DNA of 64,000 bases from a virus (IMGVR_UViG_3300024262_000018:49960-113959); one strand, 5' to 3'; shown: positions 40,057-49,047, numbered from the stretch's first letter. Program-made: numbers and translations. Notes: generated by a model from the letters alone, not told the origin.

Positions 40057-40099
40057 TATATACCTATACTAAAACGGTCTAATATATCCTATAATAAAA

Positions 40100-41128
40100 T
40101 TAGATATCTAAACAAAAACAAGAGACATCGAATTTATTTTCTAATATCTCTATAATTTCAAGTTGAGAATTTTTATTCCTTGTTAAAATTTGAGCAGAAC
40201 CATCTCCTTGACTGCCTACTCCTTTTGCTCCATACATTAAATCTTGTATTGAAGACTCATATAAAATAGAATGCAATTTAGGGGCTATAAGTTCTTTTGG
40301 ACAATAAGAAGTTAAATATTGATCAAAATTATATTGAGATTGTTTCATTAAACTTCCTAATGTTTTAAAATCTCCGATTTTCAGGCATTTTACCGCAGAC
40401 ATTACGATTTTTTTATTTTCTATTCCTAAAACGCTTTGTTTTTTATAATCTTCATTTTCGATAGCAAATGGATATCCTTTATTGAGAGCAGACAGGATTC
40501 TGGGAGTGTTCTTTGACGCGTGCAAATCTACGATTATTATAAATAAATTATTTTTAATTTGTAGCGGTACGCTTTTTAATTCGTCCCCATCAAAAATCAG
40601 CAAAGTTGGTTTATTATAGGCGCACGACTGATCCATTTTTCCGCATCTAGAAGGCGTTGTGATTTCTCCTAAATAAGCCATTTCCATTTCTTGAGGAATC
40701 GTCCATCCTAAATTAAATAATGCGTTGTACGCCCTTGTGACAAGCACACAAATAGAAGCAGAGCTAGAGAGTCCCTTTTTAATAGGAAGTGTAGAATTAT
40801 AATTATCAATTTCTATTCCTGGCATATCTTTTTGGGTAAGAGATATTTGATATAGAGTTCCAGCAATATAATTATAAAAATCAGTAGATTTGGCTAGTTC
40901 TAGCAACTTATGAGGATCTAAGTCTATTTCTTTTATTAAATTATCTTTTAAAATGAATCTACAGACTTTTTTGCGGATTTTTTTTACTCTTGCATAATTG
41001 CCTTGATTTGTAGGGCAGACAATTGCATAGCCTTTTTCTAATTTTGAATTTTGACGACGATAACCGCCAGCCCAATCGCTATGTTCACCTAATAGACATA
41101 ATCTTCCGGGAACGAATAATTCAATCAT
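40100..41128 (-). CDS. GHMP-family sugar kinase (galactokinase-like)
   Basis: PGRLCLLGEHSD, LPIKKGLSSSAS, CGKMDQ, GAKGVGSQGDG. Confidence 0.88.
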   Translation of the reverse strand: MIELFVPGRLCLLGEHSDWAGGYRRQNSKLEKGYAIVCPTNQGNYARVKKIRKKVCRFILKDNLIKEIDLDPHKLLELAKSTDFYNYIAGTLYQISLTQKDMPGIEIDNYNSTLPIKKGLSSSASICVLVTRAYNALFNLGWTIPQEMEMAYLGEITTPSRCGKMDQSCAYNKPTLLIFDGDELKSVPLQIKNNLFIIIVDLHASKNTPRILSALNKGYPFAIENEDYKKQSVLGIENKKIVMSAVKCLKIGDFKTLGSLMKQSQYNFDQYLTSYCPKELIAPKLHSILYESSIQDLMYGAKGVGSQGDGSAQILTRNKNSQLEIIEILENKFDVSCFCLDI

Positions 41129-41204
41129 ATAATGCCTCTTTTATAAAGGATATCGCCAGACAAATAATAAACTATTAAATGTACACTTATTTATGGATTA
41201 AAAA

Positions 41205-41486
41205 ATGAACTGGTTTAATAAATTCTCACAACAACAATTCTCTCTTTTTGACGAGAAATCCTCTAAAGAAAAGCCAAAACCACAAGTTTCTATTTGGGGG
41301 CTAAGTCCGTCTGGAACTCTAACAGTAATAATAAACGGTAAGCAATACGAATATTATAATGTAACACCTCACGAAGAAAGTCAACTTAATAGTCTATTAA
41401 AACATAAAAATTATTCTAAGTTTTTTGCGATAATAAAACAACTAAGTGGAAGAGACATGAAAGAACCTTTTAAAAGAACATTATAG
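41205..41486 (+). CDS. hypothetical protein, possibly KTSC-like
   Basis: MNWFNKFSQ...LTVIINGKQYEYYNV. Confidence 0.5.
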   Translation: MNWFNKFSQQQFSLFDEKSSKEKPKPQVSIWGLSPSGTLTVIINGKQYEYYNVTPHEESQLNSLLKHKNYSKFFAIIKQLSGRDMKEPFKRTL

Positions 41487-41502
41487 GACAAAAGAAAAAA
41501 CT

Positions 41503-42222
41503 ATGATAAAGAATCTATTTCCATTATTAATTATTTTATTAATGACTTGTTCACTTACGGTCCAAAAAGCGGGCGGTGCCTGAGCGGGTAGCGGCTGTGG
41601 ACCCACGGGTGGTTCAACTCCAGTAAAACCGACTCCAGCTAGTTGTGCGGCCACATTCACAGGATGGAATATCGGTACTAATAATTCTGCTCCTACTGTT
41701 CTTCTAAATGCGGTTCCAAATAAAATGTCATCTATCGCAAGCTTTATAGCAAGCAATATTGACGATGAAAAAGCGAAGAAGGGAATACTTAATCCTATTC
41801 CGACTATTAATGAATTAGTCCCGATTTTAAAAATTGGCGATAAAATTAAAATAGATTTTGTATATGTTGGAAAACGATACTGGATAAATAGAGTAACGCT
41901 TCTGAATAAAAAGTCTTCTATCTATGATGATGCAAATAGCAGCAGCATATCATTTAAAACAGATAGTATTAGATTAGTTAAAAATAATACAAGACATGCT
42001 TTAAGAGTTACAAGAGGCACGCTATCATGGATGTTTTTGGTTCCATCTATAACGAAAACCGATACTAAAACAGGAAAGACTACTGAGATAAGCGACCCTA
42101 ATATCTTGGCTAAAATTAAACAATTTAAAACAGGAGAGAATGTTTTTATCGATTACGAGACGGTAAAATATACTTTTATTTTAAAAGATATTCGTCCGGT
42201 AAAAACAAAATCAAAAAAATGA
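41503..42222 (+). CDS. secreted protein with in-frame TGA at codon 27 (candidate selenoprotein)
   Basis: Signal peptide MIKNLFPLLIILLMTCSLTVQKAGGA, TGA 41581-41583, frame continues AGSGCGPTGG... into the ORF tracked from 41725. Confidence 0.6.
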
Positions 42223-42989
42223 AAATATTATTACTTATATTCGTTCTCTTGTTAGGTTGTGACAAAACAAATAATATGTTTTATTATTACAATGGAGAAT
42301 CTCCATCATTACCAATAGTGAGGAAAATAAGTAATTCTACAGTAGACATATATGATTATAAGAACGCAGGAACAGGTACAATACTAAAAAAAACAAAAGA
42401 ACATGCCTATATCCTTACTTGTGCTCATGTAATAGCAAACAGAAAGAGAAAACACACTCCTATATTCGATTTTAAGGCGTTAGGCCAATATAATATAACC
42501 CCGAAAACAACTTTTCTTGAATCCATTATTAAACCTCTTTTAGTAAAACAAACTAAATGGGTAGATGGACTGCCAATAACTTACTCACATAGTGCTGATA
42601 TATTTTTTCTAGATAGGTCGGTCGATATCTGTATCCTCAGAATAAATGGAAAAATTTATGGAGAAGAGATATCTCCATATAATAATAGTACAGTCGTTCC
42701 AACAGGAACAGAAGTTTATCATGTCGGTAATCTTTTTGGAAGTTTAAATTATTCTGTGACATCAGGGATTATTTCTCATAATTCTCGCGGATTATTTGGA
42801 GAAAGAATACAAGTAGATATAGATGTTACATTTGGTTCTAGTGGCGGCGGCATTTTTACAAAAGATAAAGGCGAATATGTCGGGATGGTGACCGAAAAAG
42901 CCACAAGGGATAGTAGTATTGCTATTATTATTCCTATTAAAAAGATAATAAAATGGCTCGAAGTTTACAGCGTCGAAAGAAATTTTTAA
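42219..42989 (+). CDS. trypsin-like serine protease, probable lipoprotein
   Basis: LLGC lipobox; LTCAHV, VDICIL, FGSSGGG. Confidence 0.85.
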   Translation: MKILLLIFVLLLGCDKTNNMFYYYNGESPSLPIVRKISNSTVDIYDYKNAGTGTILKKTKEHAYILTCAHVIANRKRKHTPIFDFKALGQYNITPKTTFLESIIKPLLVKQTKWVDGLPITYSHSADIFFLDRSVDICILRINGKIYGEEISPYNNSTVVPTGTEVYHVGNLFGSLNYSVTSGIISHNSRGLFGERIQVDIDVTFGSSGGGIFTKDKGEYVGMVTEKATRDSSIAIIIPIKKIIKWLEVYSVERNF

Positions 42990-42997
42990 TTTTGTTG

Positions 42998-43026
42998 TTG
43001 CTTTTTTACGTTCTCCTGCCTATAAT
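42998..43026 (+). promoter_or_regulatory. sigma70 promoter of tRNA array 1
   Basis: TTGCTT-N17-TATAAT. Confidence 0.8.
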
Positions 43027-43055
43027 CTTGTGAACAGCGATAAAGGCTAAGTTTT

Positions 43056-43163
43056 ATGAATAACATTCAAAACAACTCAACTCAGAACAACGGGACTCTC
43101 GTCCTGTCGTCCCTTTATTGTTTATCTGGGCACTCTTTGTCCCTCGGCTATTATAGTCTATAA
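43056..43163 (+). CDS. putative attenuator leader peptide (Leu/Ser/Tyr/Cys/Gly sensor), 35 aa
   Basis: MNNIQNNSTQNNGTLVLSSLYCLSGHSLSLGYYSL*, between promoter and terminator. Confidence 0.7.
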   Translation: MNNIQNNSTQNNGTLVLSSLYCLSGHSLSLGYYSL

Positions 43164-43220
43164 GACTAGCTTGAGCCGGACACAAAACTCTCTTTTTATT
43201 CCCGGCTCGGGTCATTTTTT
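43164..43220 (+). terminator. putative attenuator terminator 1
   Basis: CTTGAGCCGG (43170-79) pairs with CCGGCTCGGG (43202-11), then T6; competing pairing with CTCGGCTA 43143-50. Confidence 0.6.
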
Positions 43221-43242
43221 GAAAAATTAATATGAGTTCTAT

Positions 43243-43326
43243 GGGTTGGTTGAGCAACTGGACGCTCTGGCGACTGTAACTCGTCCGTCCGAAAGGACAT
43301 TGCAGGTTCGAGTCCTGTCCAACCCG
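43243..43326 (+). tRNA. tRNA-Tyr(GTA)
   Basis: Cloverleaf, loop CTGTAAC, long variable arm. Confidence 0.9.
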
Positions 43327-43333
43327 GTGATAT

Positions 43334-43423
43334 ACCCTTGTAGCAGAATTGGCTTATGCGATTGACTTAAAATCAATTGAGGAGTATAAACTCCTCGTGT
43401 GGGTTCGACCCCCGCCAAGGGTA
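43334..43423 (+). tRNA. tRNA-Leu(TAA)
   Basis: ATTGA-CTTAAAA-TCAAT, long variable arm. Confidence 0.9.
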
Positions 43424-43429
43424 TTACTT

Positions 43430-43517
43430 GCTCCTGTGGCGTAATTAGCAGCCGCGCTAGGTTTAGACCCTAGTGGGAATATCAAATCCCGTGCTGGTGC
43501 AACTCCAGTCAGGAGTA
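43430..43517 (+). tRNA. tRNA-Leu(TAG)
   Basis: CTAGG-TTTAGAC-CCTAG. Confidence 0.9.
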
Positions 43518-43524
43518 CTTATCT

Positions 43525-43610
43525 GCCCCTTTGGTGTAATTGGAAGCCACGATAGTTTCAAGAACTATTGCACTTTAACGTGCGTCTCGGTTCGAGTCCG
43601 GGAAGGGGCA
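43525..43610 (+). tRNA. tRNA-Leu(CAA)
   Basis: ATAGT-TTCAAGA-ACTAT. Confidence 0.9.
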
Positions 43611-43654
43611 TTTATATATTTTTCGCGCAAAATTATTTTCAAAGTGTAAAACAG

Positions 43655-43739
43655 GGAAAGTAAAGTTCATAGGTTGAGCCACCGTCTGCTAAATGGTTGG
43701 AGTGAGAAATCGCTTGTGTTTCGATTACACTGCTTTCCG
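43655..43739 (+). tRNA. tRNA-Ser(GCT)
   Basis: ACCGT-CTGCTAA-ATGGT, long variable arm, G73. Confidence 0.8.
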
Positions 43740-43755
43740 TTAATTAGGAAATAAA

Positions 43756-44337
43756 ATGAAAAAAGAACATTTTGATTATGGTTCCTATAAGAAATATATA
43801 AACCGCCAAACTAAGCTAGCCTCTCAAACAGTTTTCAAAACTCTTAGAGATAAGAAGTTTATCGAAGAAAGAGTTAAAGATCTCCTATCTCTTTATCCTA
43901 ATTATAAAAATGTTTTATGCTTAGGATCTAGACATCCAGTAGAAGTGGAAGCGTTTTTAACTGCTGGTTGTTCTGCTATAGGTATTGATCTTTTTGAAAC
44001 GCTACCACATATTATAAAATGCGATATGGCGAAGATGTATGAAAACTCAATACTTCGAAAAAGAAAACCATTTGATATCATATATATGAGCCATTCTTTA
44101 GAACATTGTTTAAATATCGAAGGGCTATTACAAGGAATTCAATGGAGTAATGCGACAGTCTTATATATAAGAGTTCCTATAAAGAATAAACCTGAAAAAT
44201 GGGATTGCACATTATTAGAATTTATGCTTCCAGATGGTAATCCCAATACGATAGAAGAATTATTTACCGGATGGACTCTTAAGGAGTTTACTCCGCTAAG
44301 TAATGAAAAGATTTTTATTTTAGAAAAGAGGAAATAA
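43756..44337 (+). CDS. class I SAM-dependent methyltransferase
   Basis: VLCLGSR...GIDL...FDIIYMSHSLEH. Confidence 0.75.
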   Translation: MKKEHFDYGSYKKYINRQTKLASQTVFKTLRDKKFIEERVKDLLSLYPNYKNVLCLGSRHPVEVEAFLTAGCSAIGIDLFETLPHIIKCDMAKMYENSILRKRKPFDIIYMSHSLEHCLNIEGLLQGIQWSNATVLYIRVPIKNKPEKWDCTLLEFMLPDGNPNTIEELFTGWTLKEFTPLSNEKIFILEKRK

Positions 44338-44338
44338 A

Positions 44339-44650
44339 ATGTCAGCATATTTTGTAGATTTAGATGGAACATTGTTTGAGTTTGGCACAGATATCTTCTT
44401 GCCAGGGACTAAAGAGTTTTTAGAGTTTATTAAAGAAAACAATCATCAACTTATACTAACAACTAGAAGGGGCGATTGGAGTGGGGTTTTTTCAAAAGAA
44501 AGCACTTTAAAAGCCCTTAAAGATCATGGTATAGAATATCATAGTATTATTTTTGGAGTTGATAGTCCTAGAATTGTTGTGAATGACGACGGATGCTCAG
44601 CTATTAATGTTATAACTAATATTGGTATGGAGAAAAAAGATTATGAATGA
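44339..44650 (+). CDS. small HAD-family phosphatase
   Basis: FVDLDGTL, LTTRR, VNDD. Confidence 0.75.
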   Translation: MSAYFVDLDGTLFEFGTDIFLPGTKEFLEFIKENNHQLILTTRRGDWSGVFSKESTLKALKDHGIEYHSIIFGVDSPRIVVNDDGCSAINVITNIGMEKKDYE

Positions 44651-44858
44651 GATTAAAATTGAATTTAAATCAAAGAGATATGGAGATACATTAGATGTCG
44701 GATATGGATATTCCAATAGCGAGGTTTTTGAAGGAGAGTTAAAAGAAGTTATTCGCAGGCTAGTTGACATAGACAAAAAATGTTATAAATATAATAAAGT
44801 AAATGTTTCTGTTGACCTTGTGGACGGGTATATAGAATTTATTGGAATTAAAAATTAA
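44643..44858 (+). CDS. hypothetical protein
   Basis: Short ORF overlapping the previous stop. Confidence 0.5.
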   Translation: MNEIKIEFKSKRYGDTLDVGYGYSNSEVFEGELKEVIRRLVDIDKKCYKYNKVNVSVDLVDGYIEFIGIKN

Positions 44859-44866
44859 TAATAACT

Positions 44867-44952
44867 GGATGAACTGGACATCGGTGAGTCCACTTGTTTT
44901 GAAAACAAGCAGGCCCGAAAAGGTCTTGGGGGTTCGAATCCCTCTTCATCCG
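44867..44952 (+). tRNA. tRNA-Ser(TGA)
   Basis: CTTGT-TTTGAAA-ACAAG. Confidence 0.88.
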
Positions 44953-44956
44953 GTAT

Positions 44957-45043
44957 GGAAGAACTGGGTATTTAGCGAACCCACTCGTCTCGAAAACGAG
45001 CAAGCCTGAAAGGGTTTTGAAAGTGCGAATCTTTCTTCTTCCG
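44957..45043 (+). tRNA. tRNA-Ser(CGA)
   Basis: CTCGT-CTCGAAA-ACGAG. Confidence 0.88.
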
Positions 45044-45128
45044 TTTAATTAATAAAATATAAAAATATTGAGTTGTGGCGTTTAAAAAGTTATAAAGAGG
45101 TATAAAACTTTGATGTAGGAGAAAAACT

Positions 45129-46286
45129 ATGACACCGCTTTTTGATCAATTAGAACCACGATTACTGTTGGATGGCACTTTTCCCGGCGACCTCAACCTT
45201 GATGGTTATGTCAATATGGAAGATCGTACTGAGGTTCATTCTGCTGCGGACTACATCGCGTGGAAGCGTAATATCGGCAAGACCGAGACAATCTCTCTGC
45301 TGGAAACGGTTCCCGGTGAGATACTTGTACAGGGGACGAATCATGCCGATACGATTTTTATAACGAACATTGGTGGTCGTGTTCAGGTTAATGGACAAAA
45401 CGCGGCAGGGGACGGAACCGTTGTTATCCTCGGCGGGAGTGGTGACGATATCATCTCGGTAGTCGGTCGTGATGCGATTGTAGATGCGGGTTCGGGTCGG
45501 GACATCGTTTGGTGTACTGACCCAGATACGGTTACAGATGCCGAAATCGTGCATGTATGCCCGAATTGGCTTCTTGACGGCACACCACTTCCTGAGATTG
45601 CTGGAGTAGAGTCAGGACAGAGTACTGATCTTTCGCATATACCGCTGTTTCCGCATGCTCCAGTGTACACTGATGTACAGCAAGGCATGTTGAATACTGG
45701 TTGGTTATTAGCGGCCTGTTCCTCTATTACGAAACAGCATCCCACGTGGTTAAGAGACAACCTTGTCGCATTCGGCGACAGTACCTACGGTGTAGCTTTT
45801 GCAGACGAGATTGTCCGGGTTGATGCCTCGTTCTGGATTTACCAGTCTGCTGTGGTTGAGGATAAAGGTCCACTGTGGCCCGTTGTTGTTGAAAAAGCCT
45901 ATGCGAGTAGTTTGGTTGGGGGGTATGATGCTTTAGAAAATTGTAAACCAGAAGATGCTATCGAGAAATTACTCGGCTGTAATTCCAGTCTTGTTGCGGG
46001 CGATTTCTTTGATTCAGCAGTAACTGCTTTGAAAGCAAAAAAAACTGTCGTGGTTCAGTTTGCCGAACTGCCGCTGAATGGCATTATTATGCCATTTCAG
46101 ACGTACGCCGTTCTTGCGGCATGGACTGGATATGATCCTGGAGAACAGTGGGTAACGCTCTATGATCCATTTAACTGTGATTATTCACCGAACTATGACG
46201 GCAAGTCGGCTGACGGTTTATATACATTACCTGCGAGTATCTTGGACACGTGCTGGTACATGGTATTAGAGTTGAGTGGCTCTTAG
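45129..46286 (+). CDS. LEPR-xLL / dockerin-like / calpain(C2)-like protein, probably catalytically inactive
   Basis: FDQLEPRLLL, GDLNLDGYVNMED, DVQQGMLNTGWLLAA, LWPVVVEKAYA; visibly GC-richer than flanks. Confidence 0.7.
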   Translation: MTPLFDQLEPRLLLDGTFPGDLNLDGYVNMEDRTEVHSAADYIAWKRNIGKTETISLLETVPGEILVQGTNHADTIFITNIGGRVQVNGQNAAGDGTVVILGGSGDDIISVVGRDAIVDAGSGRDIVWCTDPDTVTDAEIVHVCPNWLLDGTPLPEIAGVESGQSTDLSHIPLFPHAPVYTDVQQGMLNTGWLLAACSSITKQHPTWLRDNLVAFGDSTYGVAFADEIVRVDASFWIYQSAVVEDKGPLWPVVVEKAYASSLVGGYDALENCKPEDAIEKLLGCNSSLVAGDFFDSAVTALKAKKTVVVQFAELPLNGIIMPFQTYAVLAAWTGYDPGEQWVTLYDPFNCDYSPNYDGKSADGLYTLPASILDTCWYMVLELSGS

Positions 46287-46293
46287 AAAAATT

Positions 46294-46383
46294 GGAGGGT
46301 AGCAGATATGGTATCTAACTAGTTTAGAAGACTGGGCTAGCCTAATGTAAGTTGGGTTAATTGTTCGATTCAATTACTCTCCG
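46294..46383 (+). tRNA. tRNA-Ser(AGA)
   Basis: GGAGGGT/ACTCTCC acceptor, CTAGT-TTAGAAG-ACTGG, long variable arm, G73. Confidence 0.75.
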
Positions 46384-46438
46384 TACGCAAAGTGGTTTTT
46401 TTTCGCGATAATAAAAAAAACAACAACAAGGAATAAAA

Positions 46439-46714
46439 ATGACAGAATATAAAAATTATGATGATTGGTATGACAATGGACCTGGCAGCGAAAACTTCAC
46501 AAGAAAAATTGTCCAAAGTTCGAAAGTGTATCAAGAGGAAGAATACGAAAAAAAACGCGAAGAAGTAGTAAAAATTGAACGAAGAGATAAAAGGCAAAAA
46601 GCAGAAATAAAAAGATTGCGTAAAGAAAATAAAGAATTAAAAGTCGCATTAAAAAGCATGGTAGACAAACTAAATAGTGTGAAGCGCTATGTTAGTGTAT
46701 ATGATTGGAATTAG
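46439..46714 (+). CDS. hypothetical coiled-coil protein
   Basis: AAGGA RBS, 91 aa. Confidence 0.6.
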   Translation: MTEYKNYDDWYDNGPGSENFTRKIVQSSKVYQEEEYEKKREEVVKIERRDKRQKAEIKRLRKENKELKVALKSMVDKLNSVKRYVSVYDWN

Positions 46715-46717
46715 CAT

Positions 46718-46788
46718 GACCGATTGGCCGAGAGGCGAGGCGGCGTTCTGCAAAAACGCATACGTGGATTCGAATTCCACATCGGTCT
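46718..46788 (+). tRNA. tRNA-Cys(GCA)
   Basis: GCGTT-CTGCAAA-AACGC, U73. Confidence 0.9.
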
Positions 46789-46799
46789 TTTTTAAACAA

Positions 46800-46874
46800 G
46801 CACCATTAGTGTTTAACGGATCAGCATCTTTGATTTCCAATCAAAAGGTTCCAGTTCGAATCTGGAATGGTGTA
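46800..46874 (+). tRNA. tRNA-Gly(TCC)
   Basis: TTTGA-TTTCCAA-TCAAA. Confidence 0.88.
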
Positions 46875-46881
46875 GTTGCAA

Positions 46882-46953
46882 GCGGGATTGGTGTCAACAG
46901 TAGCATAGGAAATTGCCTATTTTCAGGAATCAGTGCAAATCTGATATCCCGTA
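46882..46953 (+). tRNA. tRNA-Gly(GCC)
   Basis: GGAAA-TTGCCTA-TTTTC. Confidence 0.8.
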
Positions 46954-46986
46954 TATCAAAGAACTCATATTAAAAAGGATGAAATA

Positions 46987-47808
46987 ATGCTAAGAGTTTT
47001 GGTAACAAGTGGCGGAACAAAAGTTAAATTAGATGATGTCCGGTCAATAACAAACATGTCAAAAGGGACATTCGGTGCTAAAATCGCAACTGAGTTCCTT
47101 AAAGCAGATCCGGAAATATATTTAACGTTTTTATCTGCCGAGGGAAGCAAAAACCCTTTCGATATAAATTGTTCAAGATATTTATCTCTTTGGCAAAATA
47201 TAAAAGAAGCTAATAGAGTTCGTAAATTCTATAATTCGCGTCGAACTCGTTATAGCGAAATTTCTTATAAGACTTATAATGATTATGCGGTAGAACTTAA
47301 AGGTCTTTTGGAAGGGAAAAGGTTTGATATTGTTGTCTTGGCTGCGGCAGTTAGTGACTATATTGTAGCTAATACAGTCGAGGGTAAAGTTCGCTCGACA
47401 GAAACTTTAAATATTGAACTAAAACCAGCCGAAAAGTTAATTTCTCAAGTCAAAAGTAAGATGGCTTTTCAAGATAACATTCTTGTTGGATTTAAATTAT
47501 TAGTCGGTAGCACCCATGAACAACTTATTCAAGCCGCTCAAAAAAGCATCTATGATAATGGATGCGATTTGGTTATCGCTAACGATTTAAGGGATATTCG
47601 TAACAGCAATCACAAACTAAGCATTTTAGAGCATCGTTCTGAACTTTATAATGGAGTGTGGAGTGATTCTATAGATCAATATAGCCATATTGACGCATTT
47701 GGAAAACCCCATGAAAATAATTATTTAGCATCTGTTGTAGCTAAAAGAGCGATTCATAAATGGAATAAAACTTTTGGACCGAAAGCGAGGCGAAAATATG
47801 GAGAATAA
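46987..47808 (+). CDS. coaB: phosphopantothenate-cysteine ligase (CoaB)
   Basis: VLVTSGGT...DDVRSITNMSKGTFG...LAAAVSDY...VGFKL...IAN. Confidence 0.88.
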   Translation: MLRVLVTSGGTKVKLDDVRSITNMSKGTFGAKIATEFLKADPEIYLTFLSAEGSKNPFDINCSRYLSLWQNIKEANRVRKFYNSRRTRYSEISYKTYNDYAVELKGLLEGKRFDIVVLAAAVSDYIVANTVEGKVRSTETLNIELKPAEKLISQVKSKMAFQDNILVGFKLLVGSTHEQLIQAAQKSIYDNGCDLVIANDLRDIRNSNHKLSILEHRSELYNGVWSDSIDQYSHIDAFGKPHENNYLASVVAKRAIHKWNKTFGPKARRKYGE

Positions 47809-48967
47809 AAAGAAAGTTCTTTGGGGTTTAACAGGATCAGTTGCAAGTGTTTTAACTTCTAAAATAACAAATGAAGCTCCTTGCAGATATGATGTTAAAT
47901 TCGTGGCTACTAAATGTGCCAGATCATTTTTCCATCTATCTCATGTAGACCCTCATAGTAAATTATATTTAGAAAAAGATGAATGGGAATGGACAGAAGA
48001 TAAAAATCAAACAACACAGATGAAAGAACAGGTAACAAAAAGATATTATACCTCAATACGAACAATTTGGCAAAAAGAGGATCCAGTTCTGCATATCGAG
48101 TTAAGAGACTGGGCAGATGTTTTGGTAATTGCTCCCTTAACTGCAAATACTTTAGCAAAAATGGCTAATGGCATCTGTGACAATCTATTAACTTCCATCG
48201 TAAGAGCGTGGCCTAGAGAAAAACCAATGGTAATTGCTCCTGCCATGAATACTGTTATGTGGGAAAGTCCATTTACAAAAGAACACATTAATAAACTTTC
48301 TAATATATATAATCTTAAAGTGGCTTGGCCAGTAGAAAAAGAATTAGCCTGTGGTGATCATGGCCTTGGGGCGATGGCTAATTTAGATACTATTTATGAG
48401 AAAATAGATAATGCCTTCCAATGGATTTCGCCAGTATCAGAATGTAATGGAATTCCTGTAGGTAAACATCCTGGGGCATTTGGCGTACAACGAAAGTATT
48501 CTAAACACTGCGGAGTTGATTTATATGTTAAGGATAATGTTACGGTTCACGCTATGGAACCAGGAAAGATTGTAGCAATTGAACCATTTACTGGTGCTCA
48601 AGATAATTCTCCTTGGTGGAACAATACAGAGTGCGTTTTAATACGTGGCCACTCTGGAAGAACTATTTGCTATGGAGAAATTACTACATCTAATCTCAAT
48701 CCGCCCTTGCGAGTAGGCCAATTTGTAACAAGAGGTCAATATATAGGGAATGTAATACCCGTTTTAAAAGAAGGCAAAGAACGTCCAGATATTCCTGGAC
48801 ATTCAAGATGCATGCTCCATATTGAACTTTATAAAAATAAAACAAATGTTCCTTCAGATGGTTGGGATAAAACAAAAGATATCGTTGGTTTAACTGATCC
48901 TACGCCATTCTTGCTGGACTTTTCCAATGGAAATTTTAAAAAATTAGAGATGACGGAAAATAAATAA
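47798..48967 (+). CDS. coaC: phosphopantothenoylcysteine decarboxylase (CoaC) fused to an M23 peptidase domain
   Basis: GLTGSVA, HIELRDWAD.LVIAPLTANTLAKMANGICDNLL, PAMNTVMW, LACGD.G.GAM; then HCGVD...HIE. Confidence 0.85.
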   Translation: MENKKKVLWGLTGSVASVLTSKITNEAPCRYDVKFVATKCARSFFHLSHVDPHSKLYLEKDEWEWTEDKNQTTQMKEQVTKRYYTSIRTIWQKEDPVLHIELRDWADVLVIAPLTANTLAKMANGICDNLLTSIVRAWPREKPMVIAPAMNTVMWESPFTKEHINKLSNIYNLKVAWPVEKELACGDHGLGAMANLDTIYEKIDNAFQWISPVSECNGIPVGKHPGAFGVQRKYSKHCGVDLYVKDNVTVHAMEPGKIVAIEPFTGAQDNSPWWNNTECVLIRGHSGRTICYGEITTSNLNPPLRVGQFVTRGQYIGNVIPVLKEGKERPDIPGHSRCMLHIELYKNKTNVPSDGWDKTKDIVGLTDPTPFLLDFSNGNFKKLEMTENK

Positions 48968-48981
48968 AATTAATTTTTCAC

Positions 48982-49010
48982 TTGCATTTCGCCCGCAAAA
49001 CGTCTATAAT
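48982..49010 (+). promoter_or_regulatory. sigma70 promoter of tRNA array 2
   Basis: TTGCAT-N17-TATAAT. Confidence 0.8.
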
Positions 49011-49047
49011 ACTGTGGTGCCGAAAATTCGGACCAAATAGGTGATTT

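Noticed and set aside
41481-41756. 91-aa minus-strand ORF
   Set aside because: Shadow of the plus-strand signal-peptide/TGA gene, which fits the operon direction.
43054-43257. 67-aa minus-strand ORF
   Set aside because: Antisense to the leader peptide and terminator, and overlaps tRNA-Tyr.
46689-46973. 94-aa ORF
   Set aside because: Runs across the Cys and Gly tRNA genes; the ORFs at 1424-1654, 49285-49593 and 51471-51689 are rejected for the same reason.
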